A DNA stretch of 64,000 bases from an uncultured Planctomycetaceae bacterium (GTDB taxonomy: Bacteria; Planctomycetota; Planctomycetia; Planctomycetales; Planctomycetaceae): the NCBI GenBank assembly GCA_963813715.1, contig CAWFAK010000009.1, positions 384,001-448,000 on the forward strand. The letters are read 5' to 3'. Of the stretch, positions 10,857 to 20,157 are shown piece after piece (the first letter of the stretch is position 1; each line of letters starts with the position of its first letter). A program made the position numbers and the translations under genes. The notes under the pieces are model-generated. The model was not told where the DNA came from. It made no database searches and worked only from the letters and a program-made list of their open reading frames with translations.

Positions 10857-12161
10857 ATGAAAGCGAAAATCCCGCTCGCCTGCCGCGTCGGCTCACCTCG
10901 ATCCAGCTTGGCGCGGTATGCCGCGGGTGTCTTCGCGGTTGTCGTTCTCTTGGCGAACAGCCGTCGCAGCGCCTCAGCCGCTGTTCCGCCCGCGGCGCCG
11001 CGTCCACCCGCCGACATCAAGGCTGCCGACCATCCCTGGGACGACGGCACGAAGATCGACGTGACGTTTGCCCTGTCACCGGACGACCGCCCGGATGCGA
11101 AGCCCAAGATCGTCGCGTTTTACACAGTCGAGCGGTCTGGCGAGCGCGACGGCGCCTTCGAGCCGGTCGGCGCACCGCTCATCCCCGGTCAAGCCGCCTA
11201 TAAGACCGGCACCATGACCACCACCGTCGACAAGTGCCACCGCGGCGAGCCGTATTTCTTTCGCGTCCGAGCGGTCACCGCCGACGGCCGCAAATCCGCG
11301 CCCGTCGAAACGAGCGAGCCGGTCTACGGCGTCCGCCAATGGTTCGACGGCGATCATTTGTGGCTGGCAATAATCATGGCCATTGTCTGCGGCACGATCG
11401 TCGCGTGCATCGAGCTGGCGCGGCGGGGTTGGCCGGTCAAAATCCGTCGCATCGCCGGGCTCGACGCGGTCGAAGAAGCCGTGGGCCGCGCCACCGAGAT
11501 GGGTCGCACCTGCTTTTTCATCGCGGGCGTTCAGGACCTGAATGAAATGCAGACGGTGGCGGGAATCACCGTGCTGTCGCACGTCGCGAAGGTCGCCGCC
11601 GAATACGATGCTCGCCTCGAGATGCCCACGGCCCGTTCGCTGGTGATGACGACGGCCCGCGAGACGGTGCAGGCTTCGTACCTGGCGGCCGGCCGGCCCG
11701 AATCGTACGTCGAGGACAACATCTATTACGTCACCGACGAGCAGTTCGGCTTCGCCGCATTCGCGACAGGGAAAATGGTTCGCGAGAAACCGGCAGCCTG
11801 CTTTTACATGGGCTGCTTTTTCGCTGAATCATTGATGCTTGCCGAGACGGCCAACACGGTCGGGGCGATTCAAATCGCCGGCACGGCCGAGCCGGCGCAG
11901 CTCCCGTTCTTCGTTGCGGCCTGCGACTACACGCTGATCGGCGAGGAGTTTTATGCCGCGTCGGCGTACCTCTCGGGGGATCCCGATCAACTCGGCAGCC
12001 TCAAAGGCCAGGACTTCGGTAAGTTGTTCGTCACCTGTTTACTCGTGATTGGCTCGCTGCTCGCCACCGGAGTCGTACTGGCCGGTCGAGTGAATCTGCC
12101 GGCAGCCCGGTCGGCACTCTCCCAGGCGACGACCTACTTAACCGACACGATTTTGAAATAA
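10857..12161 (+). CDS. Membrane protein with fibronectin-III-like exported domain and DUF6754-like C-terminal domain
   Basis: Signal-like N-terminus; FN3-like YFFRVRAVTADGRKS; TM; IRRIAGLDAVEEAVGRATEMGR, IQIAGT..QLPFF, LIGEEFYAASAYL; C-terminal TM. Domain name is from memory. Confidence 0.75.
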   Translation: MKAKIPLACRVGSPRSSLARYAAGVFAVVVLLANSRRSASAAVPPAAPRPPADIKAADHPWDDGTKIDVTFALSPDDRPDAKPKIVAFYTVERSGERDGAFEPVGAPLIPGQAAYKTGTMTTTVDKCHRGEPYFFRVRAVTADGRKSAPVETSEPVYGVRQWFDGDHLWLAIIMAIVCGTIVACIELARRGWPVKIRRIAGLDAVEEAVGRATEMGRTCFFIAGVQDLNEMQTVAGITVLSHVAKVAAEYDARLEMPTARSLVMTTARETVQASYLAAGRPESYVEDNIYYVTDEQFGFAAFATGKMVREKPAACFYMGCFFAESLMLAETANTVGAIQIAGTAEPAQLPFFVAACDYTLIGEEFYAASAYLSGDPDQLGSLKGQDFGKLFVTCLLVIGSLLATGVVLAGRVNLPAARSALSQATTYLTDTILK

Positions 12162-12174
12162 GAGAGCGACCCGA

Positions 12175-14032
12175 ATGAAGCGGATGATTCCCTTACTGAT
12201 CGCGGCGATGGCCGGCTACGTGCTTGTCGCCTCGCGCTTCATTCCGCTCGCCGAAAAATGGGGCGAAGTCGAGGCGATCTGGTTCGACGTCCTGGCGGCC
12301 ATTGCCTTCGTGCTCGGCGGCGGGAGCCTGCTCAAGCTGCATCTGCGTCGCATCAGCGACCGCGCGACGGGCTGGGGCTATTCGGCCATAACGCTGGCCG
12401 CCTTCCTCGCCACCTTGTACGTGGGCGTTGCGAAGACGGGGGCCCGCCCCTCGCAGGAGCAGGAATTCTACGGCGAATCGTTTGCCGTCCTGAAATTGGA
12501 GGATCTCCCCGAAAGCCTGACCTATCGAGTGACCGGGAGAATCCCCGAGCGGGCGGACGACGAACCGTTGCCGCTTTCCGTGCAGCGGCAGCTCAGCCAA
12601 TCGGGCGGTGACCTCGTGTTTCACGGTTGGATTTCGGGGCAACAACAAGGCGAACTCTTGAGATTCAAGGAAGACCTGGCCTGGCAATGCGCCGTTGAAA
12701 AACTCTTTGCGACGGCTCAACCCCCCGCCGCGTTCAAGGGCAAGGTGACGTATCTCGCCGACTACTCCCAGCTCAGCTTTCGGGGATTCATGACCGACGC
12801 CGACCATGAGACGTTGCTCAAGCTCGGCATGAATGAGGCGTACGTGGCCGCCGTCGAAGCGCTGTGGAAGGCGAGCCGGGCCGAGTCGGAAGTCTCCGTC
12901 GAGTGGCTGCCTCCCGGCTTCAGCATCCCTGCCGCCCAGCGAGCGTATCTCTCGTACGACGAAGGCAAACACAAGCTGCGGATTCGCGGGCCGATGTCGG
13001 TCGCTCTTCGCGATGAGCTGGCCCGCGACCATTTCCCGCTCGTGCGTCCAACCACGGCGGAACAGCGGGCCGCCTTCCTCAACGAACTCGAATCCCACGG
13101 CGGAAAGCTGAGCGAAGTACAAGCTCGTGCCCTCGACGCGGTGCTCGCCAACGGCTGGCCGGTCGACGGCCTGCGACTCGTTTTGGACGAAGCGGGCCAT
13201 GCGCTCCCCGCAGAAAAGTCAGCCTGTGACCTCTACCAGGAGCAGCAGGCCGCCAAGGGAGTGGCTGCAGCCACTCCCAAACCGACGCCGCCGAAAGCGG
13301 AACCCGACGTGAAATTAAACGACCGCCAAAAGGCTGCGATCGATGAATTCGTCCGTGAATCGACCGAGACCGTCGACGACTTGGCCGCGCCGCTTGATGG
13401 CGGCCGGTCCATTCACGGCGCGCCAGGAGGCCTCGCTTCGGGAGTTTTTCGCGAAGGTGCCGACCGTCGGCGACCAGAAGCTCGAGGCGTGCATCGCCAT
13501 TCTCCGCGTCGGTCCGCTCCCACGGGACCAGCGCAACTTTCTCCGGGACGATTACCGTCACCAGAACCAGTGGCGGCAGACCGTGGGCGACCTCTTCGTG
13601 CGGGCGCACAAAGTGAAATATCCCTGGTCGGGTCAGTACAACTCGCCCGGCTCCTGGTTCGGCTGGGCTTACGAATACATCTTCAAGCCGTGCACGGCGA
13701 CGATGTTCGCCCTCTTGGCCTTTTACGTCGCGTCCGCCGCCTTTCGTGCCTTCAGGGCCAAGAACTTCGAGGCCCTGCTGCTTTTGGGGACGGCCTTCAT
13801 CATCCTCTTGAGCCAAACGTTCGCCGGCTATTGGCTCACCTCGTGGCTCCCCTCCGACCCGCAGCAGAATGCACTCGCGTGGCTACGAATGGAGAACCTG
13901 AAGATCCTGATCATGCGAGTCTTTGCGACGGCGGGCACCCGCGCGATCATGATCGGCATCGCGCTGGGCCTCGCCTCGACGTCGATCAAGATCATGTTGG
14001 GGCAAGACCGCTCGTACGTGGGGAGGGACTGA
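12175..14032 (+). CDS. Polytopic membrane protein with large repeat-containing soluble insert; 1-nt insertion near 13390
   Basis: Three N-terminal TMs in ORF 12175..; the C-terminal TMs (ATMFALLAFYVASAAFRAFRAKN, RAIMIGIALG) lie in ORF 13343..14032, whose stop is 4 nt before the next ATG. Confidence 0.75.
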
Positions 14033-14035
14033 CCC

Positions 14036-14902
14036 ATGCGGTTCAACTGGGACAACATCGATCGCCGCTGGATCTTCCTGATGATGCTCATCACGGTCGC
14101 GGGACCGATCATTTGGCAGCTCGCCTTCCCGGAAATTCCGACCCCCTACGCCCGCGCGGTCTTCGACGCGATTGAAGATTTGAAGCCGGGCGACAAAGTG
14201 CTCGTCGCCTTCGATTATGACCCAGCCAGCGAAGCCGAGCTGGGCCCGATGGCCACCGACTTCGTGCACCACTGCTGCGAGAAGAAGGTGAAGATGTATT
14301 TCGTTTCTCTCTGGCCGGTCGGTCCCGTCATGGTCCAGGACGCCATTCGCAACATCATCGAGGCCGACTACCCCCAGATGGTGTACGGGCAGGACTATGT
14401 CAACCTGGGCTACAAGTCGGGCTACGAGGGCGTGATTAAGGTCATCGTGACGGACCTTCGCAGCCTCTACCCAACCGATACCCGCGGCAACAGCATCGAT
14501 CAGCTTCCGATGTGCCGCGACGTCAAGAACATTCAGAGCATGAAGCTCATCGTCGACGTCAGTGCCGGCTACGCAGGGGCGAAAGAATGGGTCCAATACG
14601 CGGCCGTTCCTTACGCCGACAAGATGAAGCTTGTCAGCGGTTCGACCGGCGTGCAGTCGCCGCAGCTCTTCCCGTATCTTCCGGACCAGATGGCCGGGCT
14701 GTTGGGGGGAATCAAAGGGGCAGCGGAGTACGAAATGCTGGTCAACGAGAGGTACAGTGGCCCGACACCCGCCCCGAAGTATCAGGAAGCCCTCCGCCGG
14801 ATGGGTCCGCAGCTTTTCGCCCACCTGTTGATGATCGGCCTGATCATCGCGGGCAACGTGATCTATTTCACCCAACGCCGCCGTGAGGGCCGCTCGCGAT
14901 GA
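14036..14902 (+). CDS. Conserved hypothetical membrane protein (N- and C-terminal TM, alpha/beta core)
   Basis: DRRWIFLMM TM; VLVAFDYDPASEAEL; DYVNLGY; GLLGGIKGAAEYE; C-terminal TM. Confidence 0.8.
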   Translation: MRFNWDNIDRRWIFLMMLITVAGPIIWQLAFPEIPTPYARAVFDAIEDLKPGDKVLVAFDYDPASEAELGPMATDFVHHCCEKKVKMYFVSLWPVGPVMVQDAIRNIIEADYPQMVYGQDYVNLGYKSGYEGVIKVIVTDLRSLYPTDTRGNSIDQLPMCRDVKNIQSMKLIVDVSAGYAGAKEWVQYAAVPYADKMKLVSGSTGVQSPQLFPYLPDQMAGLLGGIKGAAEYEMLVNERYSGPTPAPKYQEALRRMGPQLFAHLLMIGLIIAGNVIYFTQRRREGRSR

Positions 14903-15774
14903 AAAACGAGACCCGGATTTGGCTCGTGATTTTTGTGTTCTTCGCCGGCTTCCTGGCGTGGCGGGTGGGTGACGCCGGCGCCAGCCGGCAGTACGTGCGG
15001 GAACTCGATGGGCGCGTCGCTCCCGCGACCCTCGGCGACTTGGTTGCGGGAACGGCGCAGTTCAGCTTTTCGCGCACGGTCGGAGTCTGGGTTGCGGCCG
15101 CCCTGACGCTCGGCATCTTTTCGTTCCTCTATCGCGATAACGCGTTCTACAAGCTGGCAGAATCCGTGCTGGTCGGCGTGTCGGCCGCCTATTGGATGGT
15201 GGTGGCATATTGGGACGTTCTGATTCCCAACCTCTTTGGCAAGCTCTGGCCATCCTGGGTGCAATCTTGGGCCATTCCGGGTCTTTCGCCGCAGCACGAC
15301 GAGTTCTGGTACGCCTACTTCGTTCCGCTCGGGTTGGGAGTCATGCTCTTGTGGAGGCTCTCGCCCCGCGGCGGCTGGATCGGCGTATGGCCCCTGGCTT
15401 TTACGATCGGTGCCACCGCCGGATTGAGGTTGGTCGGCTATTTTCAGGCCGACTTCCTCGGCCAAATCCGCAACGGCATCGTGTCGCTGGCGATTTTCAA
15501 GGACTCTCATTTTGAGTGGGAACGCTCGATCGAAAATGTGGTGCTCGTCACCGGCACCCTGGCTTGCCTGTCCTACTTCTTCTTTTCCTTCGAGCACAAA
15601 GGCGCGCTCGGTCGCATCTCTCGGGTTGGCGTGTGGGTGCTGATGATCACCTTCGGCGCCGGCTTCGGGTACACGGTGATGGGACGCATCGCTTTGTTGG
15701 CCGGCCGACTCGAATTCCTGTTTGACGATTGGCTGTGGCTGATCGATCAGAACCATACGCGCATCTGGCAGTGA
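14899..15774 (+). CDS. Conserved hypothetical polytopic membrane protein
   Basis: About 7 hydrophobic segments; LTLGIFSFLYRDNAFYK, LMITFGAGFGYTVMGR; ATGA overlap with the previous gene. Confidence 0.8.
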   Translation: MKNETRIWLVIFVFFAGFLAWRVGDAGASRQYVRELDGRVAPATLGDLVAGTAQFSFSRTVGVWVAAALTLGIFSFLYRDNAFYKLAESVLVGVSAAYWMVVAYWDVLIPNLFGKLWPSWVQSWAIPGLSPQHDEFWYAYFVPLGLGVMLLWRLSPRGGWIGVWPLAFTIGATAGLRLVGYFQADFLGQIRNGIVSLAIFKDSHFEWERSIENVVLVTGTLACLSYFFFSFEHKGALGRISRVGVWVLMITFGAGFGYTVMGRIALLAGRLEFLFDDWLWLIDQNHTRIWQ

Positions 15775-15787
15775 CGGAGTCGAAGCT

Positions 15788-16870
15788 TTGCGGCGTTTCT
15801 TCGCATTGATTCTGGCAGCCGCGGTCCTCCACTCGGCCCAGCCGACGCGGATTCTTAGCGACGAACCGCCGGTCTACCGCGAGCACCAGGATCTGCGCTA
15901 TTACCTCGACGCCCGTGGGGATCGACATCCGATCCGAACGGTTGCCGACTGGGAGATCCGTCGCGCGCACATCCTGGCGCACCTGCAGGAAGTGATGGGG
16001 CCACTGCCGCACCCGTCGCACCCGGTGTCGCTCGACGTCCGGACGCTCGAGACGGTTTCGCTCGGCCCCATCGTCCGCCGTAAAATCGACTACCACACCG
16101 ATTCACCAAAACGCCGCGTGTCAGCCTACTTGTTTGTGCCGGCCAATAGCTCGGGCCGGCACCCGGCCGTGCTGTGCCTGCACCAAACCATCCACATCGG
16201 CAAAGAGGAGCCGGCGGGCCTGGGCTCGAATCGAGACCTCCAATACGCGCTCGAATTGGCGCAGCGAGGCTACGTGACGCTGGCTCCCGACTACCCGTCG
16301 TTCGGCGAATACAAATACGACTTTCCTCCGCAGGATGGATACGTCAGCGGCACGATGAAAGCGATTTACGACAACATTCGCGCGATCGACTTGTTGCAGT
16401 CGCTGCCGGACGTCGACCCGGAACGCGTCGGCTGCATCGGCCACTCGCTGGGCGGACACAATTCGATCTTTACGGCGACGTTCGATCCGCGGATCAAGGC
16501 CGTCGTTTCCAACTGCGGCTTCACGCGGTTCCACAAGTACTACGGCGGCAAACTCAAAGGCTGGGACAGCCCGCGCTATATGCCGCGGATCGCCAGCGTT
16601 TATGGCGACAATCCGGACCGAGTTCCGTTCGATTTTCCGGAAATCATCGCGGCGCTGGCTCCGCGGGCCTTTCTGGCGAGTTCCCCACTGCACGACGACA
16701 ACTTCGAAGTGTCGGGCGTCCGGGACGTGATCGCTGCTGCCCGGCCGATCTACGCGCTCTTCGGCGTGCCGGACAACCTGGCCGCCAATTACCCGGATGC
16801 CAAGCATTCATTCCCGCCAGCGGCGCGCGAGGTGGCTTACAAGTTCTTGGATCGCCACCTCAAGCGGTAA
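15788..16870 (+). CDS. Secreted alpha/beta hydrolase (dienelactone hydrolase/esterase-like)
   Basis: Signal peptide; PAVLCLH, nucleophile elbow GHSLGG, His motif KHSF; TTG start 14 nt after the previous stop. Confidence 0.85.
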   Translation: MRRFFALILAAAVLHSAQPTRILSDEPPVYREHQDLRYYLDARGDRHPIRTVADWEIRRAHILAHLQEVMGPLPHPSHPVSLDVRTLETVSLGPIVRRKIDYHTDSPKRRVSAYLFVPANSSGRHPAVLCLHQTIHIGKEEPAGLGSNRDLQYALELAQRGYVTLAPDYPSFGEYKYDFPPQDGYVSGTMKAIYDNIRAIDLLQSLPDVDPERVGCIGHSLGGHNSIFTATFDPRIKAVVSNCGFTRFHKYYGGKLKGWDSPRYMPRIASVYGDNPDRVPFDFPEIIAALAPRAFLASSPLHDDNFEVSGVRDVIAAARPIYALFGVPDNLAANYPDAKHSFPPAAREVAYKFLDRHLKR

Positions 16871-17826
16871 GTCGCGACGAAGGATCGAAGAGCAGACCAA
16901 GGCGAAAAGACACCGCTTATTGCATGCGCGGCTCTGAAGACGGCGGCGGCATGCTGCTTAGAGCGCGTCGGCCACTTGCCGCTCGGGCGCAGGCGGGCCA
17001 TATAGCTCATCGACCGCTCCTGGAAGTCGGGGCAGTCCTTCGCCAGGCGACGGCTGATCGGCTTGGGATCCGAGTTCGTCCGCAGGTCATTCAAATATGC
17101 CAGCAGCGTGCGTTTGGCCTCGGGAGGGCCGTGCATCATGAAGTGCACCCACGCCCAGGCTTCCTGATAGTCGGAGCGGCGCATCGCGGCGTTGTCGTCG
17201 AAGTTTTCCAGCCGCTTCAGGTCCGGCTGCCAGCCCTGGGCCAGCAACATCGAGAGCTTGGTGGCATACTCGCGATTGATGCCGCCCGGCTGCGAGCCCG
17301 GGATCTCGAAGTATTCTGCCAGGCCCTCGTCGAGCCAGAGCGGCACCCGCTTCATCGCCGAATGCAAGAGGCCGTGCGTGTATTCGTGTCGCAGGTCTTC
17401 ACGCACGCTCTGTCCCCAATGCGTGTAAACCGCCAGCTCCGTTGCCGAGCCGACAAAATACGCGCTTCGCGGCGGTAGCTTGGGGTAGGTCACCGCCATG
17501 TACTTGCGATATTCAGTCTCGTTGTTGAACAGGTAGATGACGACCGGGTCGCGCTGCAACGGCAAGTCGAGCACCTTGGCTTCCTGTTCGCGGAGCGTGG
17601 TCAGCTCGCGAATCAGCTCGTGATCCTTCTGCAACTTGAAATTGCTCAAGACGAGCAATTGGTCGCGCTCGCACTTCACCTCGTACTTGACTGGCAGGCC
17701 GATCGGACGCTCGACCGATTGGCACCCCGTGAAAGCCAGCACGACCGCGATCAACAAGGCCGCGGCCCGGGCCGTCTGGCCAAGCGGATTTCCGGACGCC
17801 GTTGCAAGTGTGGACAGGCTATCCAT
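16837..17826 (-). CDS. DUF1570-like lipoprotein, gluzincin-type metallopeptidase motif
   Basis: C-terminal part of ORF 16837..18684 from MDSLSTL: lipobox-like LAFTGC, HEYTH, PLWLDEGLAEYFE, YQEAWAWVHF. Confidence 0.75.
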   Translation of the reverse strand: MDSLSTLATASGNPLGQTARAAALLIAVVLAFTGCQSVERPIGLPVKYEVKCERDQLLVLSNFKLQKDHELIRELTTLREQEAKVLDLPLQRDPVVIYLFNNETEYRKYMAVTYPKLPPRSAYFVGSATELAVYTHWGQSVREDLRHEYTHGLLHSAMKRVPLWLDEGLAEYFEIPGSQPGGINREYATKLSMLLAQGWQPDLKRLENFDDNAAMRRSDYQEAWAWVHFMMHGPPEAKRTLLAYLNDLRTNSDPKPISRRLAKDCPDFQERSMSYMARLRPSGKWPTRSKQHAAAVFRAAHAISGVFSPWSALRSFVATYRLRWRSKNL

Positions 17827-19595
17827 GCGGGGACGAGAGGCTGCGATCGCGCGCAAAGAGACTTCCATTCGGAGGCGAAGCGATCGCCCCGATATTTCTT
17901 GAGAAATCGCAGCCGGTGCGTCAGGCGCAACTCGGGAAACGCCGACAGACTGGCTTCGAGCTGTCCGAGCATGCGGTTGACGCTTCGTTGCGGCAGAAAG
18001 CGCCGGCGGACGATGCGATCTGCGCCGCCGATCTGAACCGAGCAGTCGCCGGCGTCGACGTTGACCAGGAGATCCGCGGCCGACAGGCGTCGATGGACGA
18101 GCGAAAATTCCCGCATTCGCGCCAGTTCGCCAGCCAGCATCCGCGCACTGGCGTTGATCCAGGCTTCCCGTTGCCGCGGTGAGAGACCGGGGAATTGTTG
18201 AGCCAGAAACGTCGCCGGCGTCACATTGCGGCCCGAACGCTCGACAACGAGGATTTCTCGAACTCGCGACACGGAACGCGTTTCGAGATAGAGCAGCGTT
18301 CGCGGCGTCGACACGCCTCGCCGACGCAGGGCGTGCGTCATCTCCCAGACGCGCCGCGTCGCCGACCAACCGAGTCGTGGCAAGAGATCGCGCCAGCCCA
18401 GCGGACGGGACGTTTCTCGGACCTCGCAGCGGAGGGAAGTCCCGGCTGCCCACAGGTCCACCACCGCCGCCCGAACGGAATTCGTCCGCCGCAGCCACAG
18501 GCGGACACGGTCGGCGCGGAAGAGCGTGTCGGGATTGGCACGCAACTCGAGCACCTGATCCGTTCCGAGGATCGCCAGGCCCCGACAGCGAATGCCAGGC
18601 GAGTCGCCCACGATCAGCCGACGATTGGAACGTTGCCACTTCTTGTCGTAGCGGCGCTGTTCTTGCCTGAGCGCATGTCTGCAAAACGCTTCAATCTGCC
18701 CGGCCAGTTGACGGTGCGAGCGATGCTCCGCGCGGGCAACAGTCGTGGACGAGCTACTTGTGAGCGTGGCCGCGGAATCCGCGTGGACTTCACGCAGATA
18801 AGCGTCCAAAAAACGCCAGCGGTCGGCGCGACCGGCCGTTTGAAAGAAGTTGAAGAGTCCAAACAAATCCCATCGCGCCCGTGCCGCGCGGCGAAAAATA
18901 ATGCCCCATTTGCGCCGCGGCCGCACGCCCTGCAGATCGATGAGCTTCAATCGGATCGGCGACGGGACACTCATGCAGGCCGCGTCATCCGTCACCTCGA
19001 CCAGAAGATTGGCCGGATGCAAATCGCGATGGACGAGGCCCGCCCGATGCAGCCGGCCACACAGCCTTCCGAGCGCACGGGCCAATTCGCGTCGAAACGC
19101 AGGGGTCCGAAGCGAAGCGTACTGCGGATCGCGGGCCACGCTGTCTAAGGGAATTGCTTTCTCGATCGCCGAGCTAGCGAGGAAACTGTCTCGGGCGAGC
19201 GGGCCGCGTGACTGGCAGCCGAGGGCGACGCAGGTCATCGTCTCGATGTTGGCGGCCGCCACCGCCTGCACCGCGTGGGCCTCGCGGGCAGCGGGCGTAC
19301 CGCGCAGTGTGTTTCGCAAGATTTCCCACGTGTGCGACGTCTTGAAGTGCTTGAGGAAGATGACGCCCGAGGGCAGCTCGACGCGATACACCGATCGATG
19401 CGGCCCCGATTTGACGGTCGTCACGCCATCAAGAACGCCGCTCGCGTTCCGATCGACCGTGCCACTTGAAGCCAGTGCAGACGCGTGCGGCGACGCGGAG
19501 CACAACGTCAGAAAGCCCGCGTCATACAGCTCGCGCACCACGCGTTCGTCGCCGTGCCAGGTCACGTCGCCCGGAGTGCGCGGACTCAGAGTCAT
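17751..19595 (-). CDS. Lipopolysaccharide kinase (Kdo/WaaP/InaA-like), two kinase-like domains
   Basis: VKSGPHRSVYRV, FLKHF, HRDLHPANLL, LIDL in domain 1; degenerate second copy. Start may be 19655. Confidence 0.75.
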   Translation of the reverse strand: MTLSPRTPGDVTWHGDERVVRELYDAGFLTLCSASPHASALASSGTVDRNASGVLDGVTTVKSGPHRSVYRVELPSGVIFLKHFKTSHTWEILRNTLRGTPAAREAHAVQAVAAANIETMTCVALGCQSRGPLARDSFLASSAIEKAIPLDSVARDPQYASLRTPAFRRELARALGRLCGRLHRAGLVHRDLHPANLLVEVTDDAACMSVPSPIRLKLIDLQGVRPRRKWGIIFRRAARARWDLFGLFNFFQTAGRADRWRFLDAYLREVHADSAATLTSSSSTTVARAEHRSHRQLAGQIEAFCRHALRQEQRRYDKKWQRSNRRLIVGDSPGIRCRGLAILGTDQVLELRANPDTLFRADRVRLWLRRTNSVRAAVVDLWAAGTSLRCEVRETSRPLGWRDLLPRLGWSATRRVWEMTHALRRRGVSTPRTLLYLETRSVSRVREILVVERSGRNVTPATFLAQQFPGLSPRQREAWINASARMLAGELARMREFSLVHRRLSAADLLVNVDAGDCSVQIGGADRIVRRRFLPQRSVNRMLGQLEASLSAFPELRLTHRLRFLKKYRGDRFASEWKSLCARSQPLVPAWIACPHLQRRPEIRLARRPGPRPC

Positions 19596-19713
19596 CGCGC
19601 CGTCGGCGATTGCGAGCCGGGTCTGAGATTGGTGTCGGGTCGCTGCGCGATCCATGCCACGATCTTCCGCCGGCCCGTTTGACCCGTCGCTCCCCCGCTC
19701 CGCCCCCGTCGCG

Positions 19714-20031
19714 TCAGTCGACGCGCGAGTCCTCATCGACCTTCTCGGCCTTGTCCATTTTTCGGATCAAATCGTGGAGCAGGTCGTTGTCCGGAGCGGG
19801 GATCAGATCCGTGCGCTTCTGAGCCATAAGCGAGTGGACAAGCTCCGGGTGCGCTTGCCAGTCGGTTGGCCGCCAGTTGCGGACGTCGACGTACAGATCC
19901 GAAAGGCCCGGCTGTTGCTTGGCGATCACCACCAAGCCGTCTTTCCCGTACATCACGTGATACTTGAAAGCGAACGTCATCAGCCCGGCGCCGACAATCA
20001 TTCCCATCACAAACAGGAGCAGCTTGCGCAT
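19714..20031 (-). CDS. Small single-TM hypothetical protein
   Basis: 105 aa, N-terminal hydrophobic helix, LYVDVRNW..WQAHPELV. Confidence 0.7.
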   Translation of the reverse strand: MRKLLLFVMGMIVGAGLMTFAFKYHVMYGKDGLVVIAKQQPGLSDLYVDVRNWRPTDWQAHPELVHSLMAQKRTDLIPAPDNDLLHDLIRKMDKAEKVDEDSRVD

Positions 20032-20157
20032 GAAATCCGTTTCCCCCGCAGGCGTCAGCGATCAGCCAATGGACCGGGCAAAGCGGCGGGATGATGGCAC
20101 AATCCGGGGGATGCGGCAAGACGCGTTCAGGTGCGGAAAGAGCCTGTAAAACCCGCC

